A stretch of DNA of 64,000 nucleotides. It comes from Escherichia coli. Lineage in GTDB: Bacteria; Pseudomonadota; Gammaproteobacteria; Enterobacterales; Enterobacteriaceae. The notes beneath the pieces were generated by a model, which did not search any database, had not been told where the DNA came from, and was given only the letters and a program-made list of their open reading frames with translations. Position numbers and translations under genes: made by a program. Positions 53,338 through 62,768 of this stretch are shown here, one piece after another (positions within the stretch are counted from its first letter, which is position 1; each line of letters starts with the position of its first letter). The stretch lies in the NCBI RefSeq assembly GCF_046105845.1, contig NZ_CP151004.1; one strand, given 5' to 3'.

Positions 53338-53748
53338 CTACACAACGTCAATAAGGGCATATTCTTCAAAGATAACGTCCATTTCGGGTGAATAGTATCC
53401 TTCTGCCTGGAAAAAACGACGGTGTTCATTACGCCAATATTCAAGACTGAGGTCACCTTCACCTTCCTTACGGGCAAGCTCCGCGGTGACATCAGAAAAG
53501 CGCAGTAAATGCAGGCCAATCACTCTGATAACACAGACAGGCTCACCACGGCTATTTTCTACAATCTTATACTCACCAATCATCGGAAATGCGTTGTCTT
53601 CAATACATCCCGCCAGCGAACCACAGGAAGCTGTTTTAACACCAGTCGCAATCAACGTTGCGAGGTGATCGGCCAACGCTGCTGAATCGCCAAAAGTACA
53701 AAAGGAAGCATGGGGATATTTTTGTGAGATTTTTTCTTTTATGGTCAT
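53338..53748 (-). CDS. Small ASCH-like domain protein (putative)
   Basis: 136 aa from ATG 53748 (MTIKEKISQKYP...); a G-x-K-T motif (GVKTASCG) and overall size resemble ASCH/YqfB-type proteins; weak RBS. Confidence 0.4.
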   Translation of the reverse strand: MTIKEKISQKYPHASFCTFGDSAALADHLATLIATGVKTASCGSLAGCIEDNAFPMIGEYKIVENSRGEPVCVIRVIGLHLLRFSDVTAELARKEGEGDLSLEYWRNEHRRFFQAEGYYSPEMDVIFEEYALIDVV

Positions 53749-54047
53749 GAGAATATTTTCGCGATTACGGAAAAACAAATCACATCTTAATTACTGTTGA
53801 TAACCATCAGCAAGAGTATCATTGGTTTTTCGATACTGAATCTTTTTTATCCGAAGCAGGTCACATTTATGGCCTGATAAATACCTTTGTTAAAACTCAC
53901 TTTTGTGTATTTCTCTCAAATAATCCCCTGGAAATTATGCCGGGAGATTATAAAGTTCAGGATCATTCATTAGCAAACCATTGCTGCCCCACTCCCTGGG
54001 GCTTTAAATCTCTTACGATTCACCATTGCAGGCGTTTCAAATGCGTA

Positions 54048-55430
54048 TCAACCTGCCACACTCCCCCACACCAGTTGTCCTTTATGGAACGTTGCCGTTC
54101 TCGGCGAGATACGCGCCACCGCCTCGGCGGAACAGGAGGCGTCCACCAGCACAAAACTGGCGTCATCCTGCGCTTTGGGCCACACGCGCTCGCCTTTTTC
54201 ATTCAGCGGCAATACATCGCCAGTGGCTAAAAACAGCGAACGGGACAAATTCTGTTCGTTAGGGCGAATATAGAGCTGCGCGTACAGATTGGCTTTTTCC
54301 AGCATGTCGCCCAGGCCGTAAGGTGACCAGTGGTCGATAACGCTGTCAGTTCCTGTCATGACTTTTACGCCTTTGTCGTGCAGTTGTTTGAGCGGCATAT
54401 GCAGCGTGCCAATCGGCACCGTCGAAGCGATAGAAATTTGCTGCGCCGCCATCCGGTGCGCCAGTTCATCTACCTGTTGTTCGTTGAGCGTTGCCAGCGC
54501 GAAGGCGTGGCTGATGGTCAGCTTGCCCTTCAGCTGTGGCGTTTTCTCTACCGTTTCAACCATATAGTTGATGGCTGCCACGCCTGCCGGAGTGGTTTCG
54601 TGCAGGTGAATATCGACGCCTTTGTCGTAGTCCAGCGCAATCTGGAACATGGTGTCGAGGGATTTTTCCATCGCGCCATCAACACTGGTTGGGTCCAGCC
54701 CGCCGACGTAATGCGCCCCCGCCTGCATCGCTTCGCGCATTAAGGGTTCTGATTTCGACAGCAGCAAACCGTGCTGCGGGAAGGCGACAATTTCACACTC
54801 GAAGCCCGCCTGACGTCGCGCCAGCACCGCCTGCAAATTTTGCAGATTTTTCAGGCCGGAAACCGGTTCGATATTGCAGTGGCTGCGGGCAATGGTAGTG
54901 CCTTTCGACTGCAATAAATCGATCAGTTTTTCCGCTCGTTCCTGAGTGTACGGTTGCAGCTCCGGCAGCATTTTCTGCTCGAGTTTGATCATGTCCTGGA
55001 TGGTGGTGCCTGCCGGGCGATTGAGCGAGCGCCACGGCCCGCCGTAAAAGGTTTTGTCGAGATGAATATGCATGTCACGGGTGGTGGGCAGCATCAGCTT
55101 ACCGCCAGCGTCATAGTGCGGCAGCGTGGCGTCCGGATGCTGCTTGTTCTCGCGCAGGGCAACAATTTTGCCGTTCTGAATCTCTACGGTCTGGTGCGCC
55201 GTGCGGGTCTGTACCGCCACGCCATTTTCGTAGTCAAAACCGGTTTCCAGCAGCACGTTGTCGAGATAGTAGTGCGGGTCAGTGATTTTCATGGTGTTAT
55301 TCGCGTCGCAGTGGGTTGTGCCAGAGACTGCCGCATGGGCGAGCGGCACAGAGGTACCAAACAGCGCGGCGGCGGTGACCATCTTACCGCTCTGGCTCAG
55401 AAACTCACGGCGGCTATTGTTTTTTTTCAT
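54048..55430 (-). CDS. yahJ: Tat-exported amidohydrolase-superfamily deaminase-like protein
   Basis: 460 aa; twin-arginine signal MKKNNSRREFLSQSGKMVTAAALFGTSVPLAHA; metal-dependent amidohydrolase HxH motif (MHIHLD). Confidence 0.9.
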   Translation of the reverse strand: MKKNNSRREFLSQSGKMVTAAALFGTSVPLAHAAVSGTTHCDANNTMKITDPHYYLDNVLLETGFDYENGVAVQTRTAHQTVEIQNGKIVALRENKQHPDATLPHYDAGGKLMLPTTRDMHIHLDKTFYGGPWRSLNRPAGTTIQDMIKLEQKMLPELQPYTQERAEKLIDLLQSKGTTIARSHCNIEPVSGLKNLQNLQAVLARRQAGFECEIVAFPQHGLLLSKSEPLMREAMQAGAHYVGGLDPTSVDGAMEKSLDTMFQIALDYDKGVDIHLHETTPAGVAAINYMVETVEKTPQLKGKLTISHAFALATLNEQQVDELAHRMAAQQISIASTVPIGTLHMPLKQLHDKGVKVMTGTDSVIDHWSPYGLGDMLEKANLYAQLYIRPNEQNLSRSLFLATGDVLPLNEKGERVWPKAQDDASFVLVDASCSAEAVARISPRTATFHKGQLVWGSVAG

Positions 55431-55439
55431 CTTACGTCC

Positions 55440-56390
55440 TTACGTTTTAATAATATGGGTGCCCGTTTCGCCACGCAGCGCCGCGGGCAGGCATTCCGGC
55501 GTGGTGATAATCACTTCTTTACCGCCCTGTTCCAGGAACGTCAGGCTGGCGATGATTTTTGGCAACATGCTGCCAGGCGGAAAATGCCCTTCCTGCATAT
55601 AGCGGGTCATGGTGGCAATATCCACCCGATCCAGCGCCTGCTGCTGCGGTTTGCCAAAGTGAATACACACTTTTTCGACGCCGGTGGTGATCACCAGAAT
55701 GTCGGCGTGAATTTCACGGGCCAATAGCGCGGTAGAGAGATCTTTGTCGATAACCGCGTCCACACTTTGGTAATCTCCCGCTTCGGTGCGCACCACAGGA
55801 ATTCCGCCGCCGCCCGCGCCAATCACCACAAAGCCTTGTTGGATCAGCGCCTTAATGGCCGGTGCTTCGACAATACGTTTCGGTTCCGGCGAGGCGACCA
55901 CGCGGCGATAGCCCCGTCCGGCATCTTCAACAAAACGCCAGTCAGGGTTTGCCTTTTGTAATTCGTCACGCTGGCTTTCACTAAAGAATGCGCCGATGGG
56001 CTTGGTGGGATGGGCAAACCCCGGATCGTTTTTATCCACTTCCACCTGAGTCACCACGGTGACGGCTTTTTTCTCGCCGTGACGCGCCAGTCGGTTATTC
56101 AGCGCCTGTTGGATCAGATAGCCAATGCCGCCTTGCGTATCCGCCACACAGTTCGCCAGCGGCGTTAAGGGCAGCCCTTCGCGCTCGTGGGCTATCTCCG
56201 CGCGGCGTAAATCCAGACCGACCTGCGGCCCGTTGCCGTGGGTCAGCACAATGTCGTAATCGGAAGCCAGCATTTCCAGCACCGTATCGGCCACGGCTTT
56301 CACCGCCTCCGCCTGATGCTCAATCGACTGGCTGGCGTTATCTTTGATAATGCTGTTGCCACCAATGGCAACGACCACAAGTTCTTTCAT
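55440..56390 (-). CDS. yahI: Carbamate kinase-like protein
   Basis: 316 aa from ATG 56390 (MKELVVVAIGGNSI...THGNGPQVG); amino-acid kinase fold. Confidence 0.9.
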   Translation of the reverse strand: MKELVVVAIGGNSIIKDNASQSIEHQAEAVKAVADTVLEMLASDYDIVLTHGNGPQVGLDLRRAEIAHEREGLPLTPLANCVADTQGGIGYLIQQALNNRLARHGEKKAVTVVTQVEVDKNDPGFAHPTKPIGAFFSESQRDELQKANPDWRFVEDAGRGYRRVVASPEPKRIVEAPAIKALIQQGFVVIGAGGGGIPVVRTEAGDYQSVDAVIDKDLSTALLAREIHADILVITTGVEKVCIHFGKPQQQALDRVDIATMTRYMQEGHFPPGSMLPKIIASLTFLEQGGKEVIITTPECLPAALRGETGTHIIKT

Positions 56391-56484
56391 GTTGTTATGT
56401 CCGCTACAGAGGGTGATGGGGTTATGAGAGTGAGGTTGCCCCTCTCCCCAGAAGGGAGAAGGGATCGTAAGGTGCGTTTGCAGG

Positions 56485-57903
56485 TCAGACGCCGTAACGT
56501 TCGCACCAGCCAAGAATGGCTTTTTCGAAGCAGGCGAATGGTGGATGCACAATGCCCGCGCCAATCATGCCGACGCCCGCATCTTTATGGGCGATGGCGG
56601 TGTTGATCACTGGCAGAATGCCGCTACTGCCCACGCGGGTGATGTCGATTGCCGACGGCACGCCCATAAAACCGAGCAGCGGAATGGTGACGTTGGGGTT
56701 TTCACCGAGAGTGATTTCACGCATCTGGCGGGAGAAATCGATAGCCTCTTCCACCGTGCCGCCCACCAGCGCAACGATTGCAGGCGCGGTCGCCATGGCA
56801 AATCCGCCAATGCCGTAGGTTTCAGTGATGGCGCTGTCGCCGATATCCAGCCCCGAATCTTCCGGCTTATAACCGGCAAACATCGGCCCGATCACCTGCT
56901 GCGCCGGACCGGTAAACCATTGCCCCGGTAATCCGCTGACCCGCAGGCCGAACTCGACGCCGTTACGCGCCATGGTGGTCACCACAGTGCTGTATTCGAT
57001 GCCGTGCGCCGCATCCATCGCCGCTTTACACATCGCCATCCACGTCGGGCCGGAGAAGTAGTCACTGCTGGCGACAAACTCAAACACTTCGCGCTGTTGC
57101 TCGACGGAGTAGCCCGCCTGAATAATCCCCGGCGTCAGCGCCTGAATCAGCAGCGTCGTCCCGGCGTTATTGCGGTTATGGCACTCATCGCCCATATGCA
57201 GCGCCTGCGCCAGCATTAAGCGCAGATCGATCTCGCCGATAATTTTCATCGCATCGCGCAGCATGGGCCCCTGCACATCGCGCATCCAGTTGAGGCGGTC
57301 GATCACGCTCTGGTCGTTAGCGCCCATACGCAAAATCTTCGCCATCTGCTCGCTCATATTGGTGTAAGCGATGTTGCCGTAGGTTTTGTTTTTCACGATG
57401 TGCATAAACATCGAGGCCGAGGTAACACCCGCCATCGATCCCACACAGTCGTGTTCATGGCACGGCGAGAAGGTGATCTCCCCGGAGGCCGCCAGGTCAG
57501 CCGCCTCGTCGAGATCTTTCGCCAGCCCTTCGAACACCAGCGCCCCGGTGACCGCGCCTTTCATTGCGCCGCACATTTTTTCCCAGGTCACTGGCGGCCC
57601 GGCGTGAAGAATGGTTTTCGGCGTCATTCCCGGCACCACGTTAATCGCCTGATCAAAACCAATCAGCACCGGATGCGACTGGATAATGCGCTCCAGCGCC
57701 TGCTGGTTAGCGGCGGCGATTTTGTCCGCCAGCGGGGAATCGGCAATGTTGTCCAGCGCCTGCACCACCTGCATATTGCCCTGCCCCGGCGGCGTCCAGT
57801 CGAGTTGAGTCACTTCTACATGCTGCTTTTTCAGGTCATCGCTAAACATGGCGATGCCGACGTTAATAACGTTCAATGGTTGGCTAAACAGTGACTGGCT
57901 CAT
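56485..57903 (-). CDS. yahG: DUF1116-family protein (YlbE paralog)
   Basis: 472 aa; start overlaps the yahF stop. Confidence 0.88.
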   Translation of the reverse strand: MSQSLFSQPLNVINVGIAMFSDDLKKQHVEVTQLDWTPPGQGNMQVVQALDNIADSPLADKIAAANQQALERIIQSHPVLIGFDQAINVVPGMTPKTILHAGPPVTWEKMCGAMKGAVTGALVFEGLAKDLDEAADLAASGEITFSPCHEHDCVGSMAGVTSASMFMHIVKNKTYGNIAYTNMSEQMAKILRMGANDQSVIDRLNWMRDVQGPMLRDAMKIIGEIDLRLMLAQALHMGDECHNRNNAGTTLLIQALTPGIIQAGYSVEQQREVFEFVASSDYFSGPTWMAMCKAAMDAAHGIEYSTVVTTMARNGVEFGLRVSGLPGQWFTGPAQQVIGPMFAGYKPEDSGLDIGDSAITETYGIGGFAMATAPAIVALVGGTVEEAIDFSRQMREITLGENPNVTIPLLGFMGVPSAIDITRVGSSGILPVINTAIAHKDAGVGMIGAGIVHPPFACFEKAILGWCERYGV

Positions 57904-59450
57904 CAGGCTTCCTCCCCTTTGCAGATAAATTCACGCGCCAGCAATCCGGTATTGGTGCTACTGCTGGCCAGAGTCACTCCGGCATCAAGCAGCATCTGGC
58001 TTTGTTGTTCTAATGATGGCGTATCAAGATCGGTACCCAGCACATAGGCGAGAATGATCAACTCACGTCCTTCGGCAGCGGCGATCGCTTTCGCCTCTTT
58101 GATCGCCTCGATGGTGGAACCGACCGGATCTTCATGCGATCCAAATCCGAGCACAAAATCCATCACGATCACCGCCACTTCTGGATCGCGCGCCTCTTCG
58201 ATCAAGCGGCTGATACGGTTGGTCGGGTCAATCATTGGATGCGGCTTGCCGTTGGTGAAGTCGTCATCGCCAAAGTCGAGGAAGGTGTGTTTGATGCTGC
58301 GGTTGATATCTTGCAGGCGGAATTCAGGATCGGGCTGAATATTGCTGTAGACATCGCCATGTTTTTCCATCACCGCGAACATGGTTTCGTCACACAGCGT
58401 ACCGCCGCAGAACAGGCCACGAATGTATTTCTGCTGCGGTTGCAGGCGAGCGCGCACGTCAGCAATCAACGACTGGTTCAGCGTATGCAGCTCGAGATGT
58501 TCCTGTTTCACGCCGGAGAGCATCACCGCTTTCAATGCCGCCTCTTTACTGCCGCGGGCAAACTGTAGCCCCTGCTCATCCACTGGCGTTTCGCCACGAC
58601 CGAGGAAGCAGACCACCACCGGCTTGCGGCAGGCACGTGCGCGTTCCAGCACTTTGCGGGCCACCGCAGGCGCAGGCGGTTTGGAGATAAGCACAATGAT
58701 TTCAGTTTGCGGATCGTTTTCCAGCATCCCGATGGCGTCGAGCATCATCAGGCCGCCGATTTTCTCGCTCAGGTCGCGCCCGCCGGTGCCAATCAGTTGC
58801 GAAACGCCGCCGCCAAATTCATGGATACGGACGCTCAGCTCCTGGCTGCCGGTGCCAGATGCGCCAACAATACCGATGTTGCCGCGACGCACGGCGTTAC
58901 CAAAGCAGAGCGCCGCGCCGTTGATAATCGCCGTGCCGCAGTCTGGCCCCATCATCAGCAGCCCTTTTTCGTGGGCCAGTTGTTTGAGCGCCAGTTCATC
59001 TTCAACTGAGACGTTATCGGAAAACAGCATCACGTTAAGATCGTTTTGCAGTGCCTGACGCGCTTCGCGAGCAGCAAACAGACCGTTGACCGAAATCACC
59101 GCCAGGTTACTTTCCGGGATATGCTTTTTGGCGCTGGCAATAGTGGCGTAACGCGCCTCGTGCGAGCCGCTTTGCGCTTTGGTGTTGAACAGTTCTTCAA
59201 TCTCCACCAGCAACTGCTCGTTGTCTGCGCCCGCTTTGCCGTTAATGACAATCATCAGGTCGCCGTTTTTCGCCTGCTCCAGCTCCGGCGTCAGCAGCCC
59301 TAAATTCTTCAGTACGCCTTTGTTCATTTCGGTCGCCATCGCCACAAATGCCTGCTCGACGCCGTCGAGTTTATTTGCACGCGTGGAGATAGACATCAGC
59401 GAGACAGAATCAAAATAGGTATTCGGTTTAATGACTATTTTAACTGACAT
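57903..59450 (-). CDS. yahF: FdrA-like protein (succinyl-CoA-synthetase-alpha-like CoA-binding fold)
   Basis: 515 aa; GGAGGG RBS. Confidence 0.88.
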   Translation of the reverse strand: MSVKIVIKPNTYFDSVSLMSISTRANKLDGVEQAFVAMATEMNKGVLKNLGLLTPELEQAKNGDLMIVINGKAGADNEQLLVEIEELFNTKAQSGSHEARYATIASAKKHIPESNLAVISVNGLFAAREARQALQNDLNVMLFSDNVSVEDELALKQLAHEKGLLMMGPDCGTAIINGAALCFGNAVRRGNIGIVGASGTGSQELSVRIHEFGGGVSQLIGTGGRDLSEKIGGLMMLDAIGMLENDPQTEIIVLISKPPAPAVARKVLERARACRKPVVVCFLGRGETPVDEQGLQFARGSKEAALKAVMLSGVKQEHLELHTLNQSLIADVRARLQPQQKYIRGLFCGGTLCDETMFAVMEKHGDVYSNIQPDPEFRLQDINRSIKHTFLDFGDDDFTNGKPHPMIDPTNRISRLIEEARDPEVAVIVMDFVLGFGSHEDPVGSTIEAIKEAKAIAAAEGRELIILAYVLGTDLDTPSLEQQSQMLLDAGVTLASSSTNTGLLAREFICKGEEA

Positions 59451-60303
59451 AATTCCCTCCGTAGGTTTGGCTCAGCGCACAACCATCGGCCATGCCATAC
59501 AGCATGTCGCAGCCGGAACTGGAGCCAATATGTTTAATTTTTTCTATTGCCTGAGTTGCGTTCCCAGGGATGTCATAAATAATGTTATGAATAAAACGAT
59601 GAATATTTTCCCGGCAGCGTTGTTGTAATGCGGCTTCCAGCGTTATGGCACTTAATAACGTGGTATTATTTCTGCCGCGTTGCAGACCGAGATAAAATTC
59701 CTCTTTGTATTTTTCCGCCGGATGTCCGGAAATAAATAAAATAAGCGCCAGACCTGTTAAATAATCGTCGGCTGATGGCGTAAGGCCAATCCCTAAGCCC
59801 ATCATACTGGCGACTGCTGAGGCGATATTTTGTTTATCGTTTACGGCCTGAATAACTGCCCGTCGTTTAATATGTAATTCTTTATTTAACGCCTGATAAA
59901 ACGGATTATCGCCGCAATAATTAAACAGGGTTTCATTTTCCCCCAGGTGCTGATGAATAATGTCATGCCACTGTTGCCAGGCGATAAGGTGAAAATTCAC
60001 AGCGGTCATTTGCAAGGTTGGGGACAGCCAACGCCGACAACGACTCATCTCTATATGAAGATGTTGACCAACCGTAATGCCTTGATCGTCAAACTGAACC
60101 TTATCACCATGCCGGAACAGACCATCAAAGTGAGTGAGTGCCAACCGACAACTGTTTGGCGCATTGTCATACTCTTCACAAAGCAGCGTCAGCAACTGCT
60201 GGCGGGCCGGAAGTGCGATATTTACCGCTCTGGCAAAGACCTGTTCAACCTGTCCTTGCCCCCGCTGTGCCAGAAAATCCGCATCCGCAGTTAGCGCCCA
60301 CAC
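59440..60303 (-). CDS. yahE: Uncharacterised protein YahE (YlbF-like)
   Basis: 287 aa; GTG start; 11-nt overlap with yahF. Confidence 0.8.
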   Translation of the reverse strand: MWALTADADFLAQRGQGQVEQVFARAVNIALPARQQLLTLLCEEYDNAPNSCRLALTHFDGLFRHGDKVQFDDQGITVGQHLHIEMSRCRRWLSPTLQMTAVNFHLIAWQQWHDIIHQHLGENETLFNYCGDNPFYQALNKELHIKRRAVIQAVNDKQNIASAVASMMGLGIGLTPSADDYLTGLALILFISGHPAEKYKEEFYLGLQRGRNNTTLLSAITLEAALQQRCRENIHRFIHNIIYDIPGNATQAIEKIKHIGSSSGCDMLYGMADGCALSQTYGGNYVS

Positions 60304-60342
60304 ACACCGTCTTTCTGGTGTGTTGATAGCAAGCCTCCCGGT

Positions 60343-60948
60343 TTATGCACCTGCGGCAATCAGTAACTGTGCAATCTCTTCAAAGCCTCGTTCCCGCGCC
60401 AGTTCCAGCGGCGTTTTGCCATATTTATCCGTCATGTGCGGGCTGGCACCGTGTTCCAGCAATAACTGGACAATCGCCTGCTGTTTAATCCCGCCATCAT
60501 TAAGCACAATTGCTTCCAGTAGCGGCGTCCAGCCAACATGGTTGGTCTGGTTAACGTTAATCTCCGTATGCGCCAAAAGCTCTTTTACAATACTTAAATG
60601 GCCTTTTTCACAGGCAGGCGTCAGGCCGACACCGCCAAAACGGGTGACGCAATTAAGATCAGGTTTAGCCGGTAAAATAATCCGTAACAGGGTTAAATCG
60701 CCGGTCAGGCAGCTAATTAAAAAAGGATTTGAACATATTTGATCTTGCTTATTAATATCCGCTCCGGCATCAATTAATGCCTGAACGCAAGCATATTGCT
60801 GATATAAACTTGCCAGCGTAATTGCCGTTTTCCCCTGACGATCGCAGGTATTAATATCGACACCCAGCGCAAGGCATGTTTTTACTTTATCGATATCACC
60901 CTGTTGCGCAGCCAATAAATAGTCGGCAGGTAGATTTTTTATAGTCAT
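60343..60948 (-). CDS. yahD: Ankyrin-repeat protein
   Basis: 201 aa with repeated ankyrin-like units (e.g. GKTAITLASLYQQYACVQALIDAGADIN, GWTPLLEAIVLNDGGIKQQAIVQLLLEHGASPH). Confidence 0.88.
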   Translation of the reverse strand: MTIKNLPADYLLAAQQGDIDKVKTCLALGVDINTCDRQGKTAITLASLYQQYACVQALIDAGADINKQDQICSNPFLISCLTGDLTLLRIILPAKPDLNCVTRFGGVGLTPACEKGHLSIVKELLAHTEINVNQTNHVGWTPLLEAIVLNDGGIKQQAIVQLLLEHGASPHMTDKYGKTPLELARERGFEEIAQLLIAAGA

Positions 60949-61053
60949 TCACATTCCCCTGGTTTTTGTGGCTGTTTTCGATGAATTGAGAATAGCAACG
61001 ATAATCTGATAAAAGAACCCGCTTAAATTTAATTCGCCGTATTTCGCCTTTTT

Positions 61054-61070
61054 GTTGAATGATGTTCAAC
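61054..61070. promoter_or_regulatory. Perfect palindrome GTTGAA-N5-TTCAAC in the yahD-yahC divergent region
   Basis: Seen directly; candidate regulator site. Confidence 0.3.
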
Positions 61071-61205
61071 AATCTTTTCGCAGTGTGCGGTAGTGCAATA
61101 TTTGTTTCTTTGACCCGATACCCTTTCACTCAATCAGGTTTTATTTCTCTATAGTCTGCACATGTAAGAGTAGCTTTCGTCCATGTCTAACCAGAGGGGA
61201 ACAAG

Positions 61206-61703
61206 ATGAACGGACTCACGGCAACGGGTGTCACCGTCGGTATTTGTGCAGGGCTTTGGCAGTTAGTGTCTTCACATGTCGGGCTCTCTCAGGGATGGGA
61301 ATTATTAGGAACTATTGGCTTCGTCGCCTTTTGCAGTTTTTATGCCGTAGGCGGCGGTAAATCGGGGTTTATCAGAAGCCTGGCGGTTAATTATTCTGGG
61401 ATGGTGTGGGCGTTTTTCGCCGCGCTGGCTGCCGGTTGGCTGGCCTCGGTGAGTGGATTGTCCACGTTCTGGGCGAGCGTGATTATGACTGTACCCTTCT
61501 CGGCGGTGGTGGTCTGGCAAGGACGTTTCGGTTTATTGTCTTTTATTCCCGGAGGCTTTCTCGGCATGACGCTATTTTTTGCCAGCGGGATGAACTGGAC
61601 GGTGACATTACTGGGTTTTCTGGCGGGTAACTGCGTGGGGATAATTTCAGAATATGGCGGACAAAAATTAAGCGAAGCGACGACTAAACGCGACGGGTAT
61701 TAA
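61206..61703 (+). CDS. yahC: Inner-membrane protein YahC
   Basis: 165 aa with four predicted TM helices. Confidence 0.85.
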   Translation: MNGLTATGVTVGICAGLWQLVSSHVGLSQGWELLGTIGFVAFCSFYAVGGGKSGFIRSLAVNYSGMVWAFFAALAAGWLASVSGLSTFWASVIMTVPFSAVVVWQGRFGLLSFIPGGFLGMTLFFASGMNWTVTLLGFLAGNCVGIISEYGGQKLSEATTKRDGY

Positions 61704-61794
61704 AAGTTATTCAAAAATGATTATCTATCTTTAACCGATACCTCTACAGTCATGGCTGGAGAAATTCATATTCGATAATGGCGGGAATGGTTTA

Positions 61795-62727
61795 ATGAAC
61801 TCAATTTTTACCGAAGAGAATCTGTTGGCATTTACTACCGCTGCGCGTTTTGGCAGCTTCAGTAAAGCCGCAGAAGAGTTGGGTTTAACCACTTCCGCCA
61901 TTAGCTACACCATCAAGCGAATGGAAACAGGGCTGGATGTGGTGCTGTTCACTCGCAGTACCCGAAGCATTGAGTTAACGGAGTCCGGGCGTTATTTTTT
62001 CCGCAAAGCTACCGACCTGCTGAATGATTTTCACGCCATCAAACGCAGCATCGATACTATTTCGCAGGGTATAGAAGCACGGGTGCGCATTTGTATTAAC
62101 CAACTGCTTTATACGCCCAAACACACCGCACGCTTATTACAGGTACTGAAAAAGCAGTTTCCAACCTGCCAGATTACCGTGACGACCGAAGTGTATAACG
62201 GCGTCTGGGATGCGATTATTAATAATCAGGCGAATATTGCTATCGGCGCGCCCGACACACTGCTGGACGGCGGCGGCATTGATTACACGGAGATTGGCGC
62301 AATTCGCTGGGCTTTTGCTATCGCCCCGGATCACCCATTAGCCTTTGTGCCGGAGCCGATCGCCGAAAGCCAACTGCGTCTCTATCCTAATATCATGGTG
62401 GAGGACACCGCGCATACGATTAATAAAAAAGTGGGCTGGTTGCTGCATGGGCAGGAGTCGATTCTGGTGCCAGATTTCAACACCAAATGTCAGTGCCAGA
62501 TTTTAGGTGAAGGAATTGGTTTTTTGCCGGATTACATGGTCCGTGAGGCGATGGCGCAATCCCTGCTGGTTACCCGACAAATCCATAATCCGCGCCAGGA
62601 TTCACGCATGTTACTCGCAACTCAGCATTCTGCTACGGGTCAGGTGACGCAGTGGATTAAAAAACAATTTTCGCCAAATGGCATATTAACGGGGATCTAT
62701 CAGGATTTACTGCATCGGGAGAATTAA
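61795..62727 (+). CDS. yahB: LysR-family transcriptional regulator
   Basis: 310 aa; N-terminal HTH (FSKAAEELGLTTSAISYTIKRME). Confidence 0.9.
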   Translation: MNSIFTEENLLAFTTAARFGSFSKAAEELGLTTSAISYTIKRMETGLDVVLFTRSTRSIELTESGRYFFRKATDLLNDFHAIKRSIDTISQGIEARVRICINQLLYTPKHTARLLQVLKKQFPTCQITVTTEVYNGVWDAIINNQANIAIGAPDTLLDGGGIDYTEIGAIRWAFAIAPDHPLAFVPEPIAESQLRLYPNIMVEDTAHTINKKVGWLLHGQESILVPDFNTKCQCQILGEGIGFLPDYMVREAMAQSLLVTRQIHNPRQDSRMLLATQHSATGQVTQWIKKQFSPNGILTGIYQDLLHREN

Positions 62728-62768
62728 TCGCTGCCAACCTCCCGATGCGCTGTGAATAGCGGTTTACA

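Noticed and set aside
56439-56463. CCCCTCTCCCC / GGGAGAAGGG imperfect hairpin in the yahG-yahI spacer as a possible small gene (K-12 annotates a tiny yahH ORF around here as I recall)
   Set aside because: No convincing ORF with start and RBS in this 94-bp spacer; more likely an intra-operon RNA structure.
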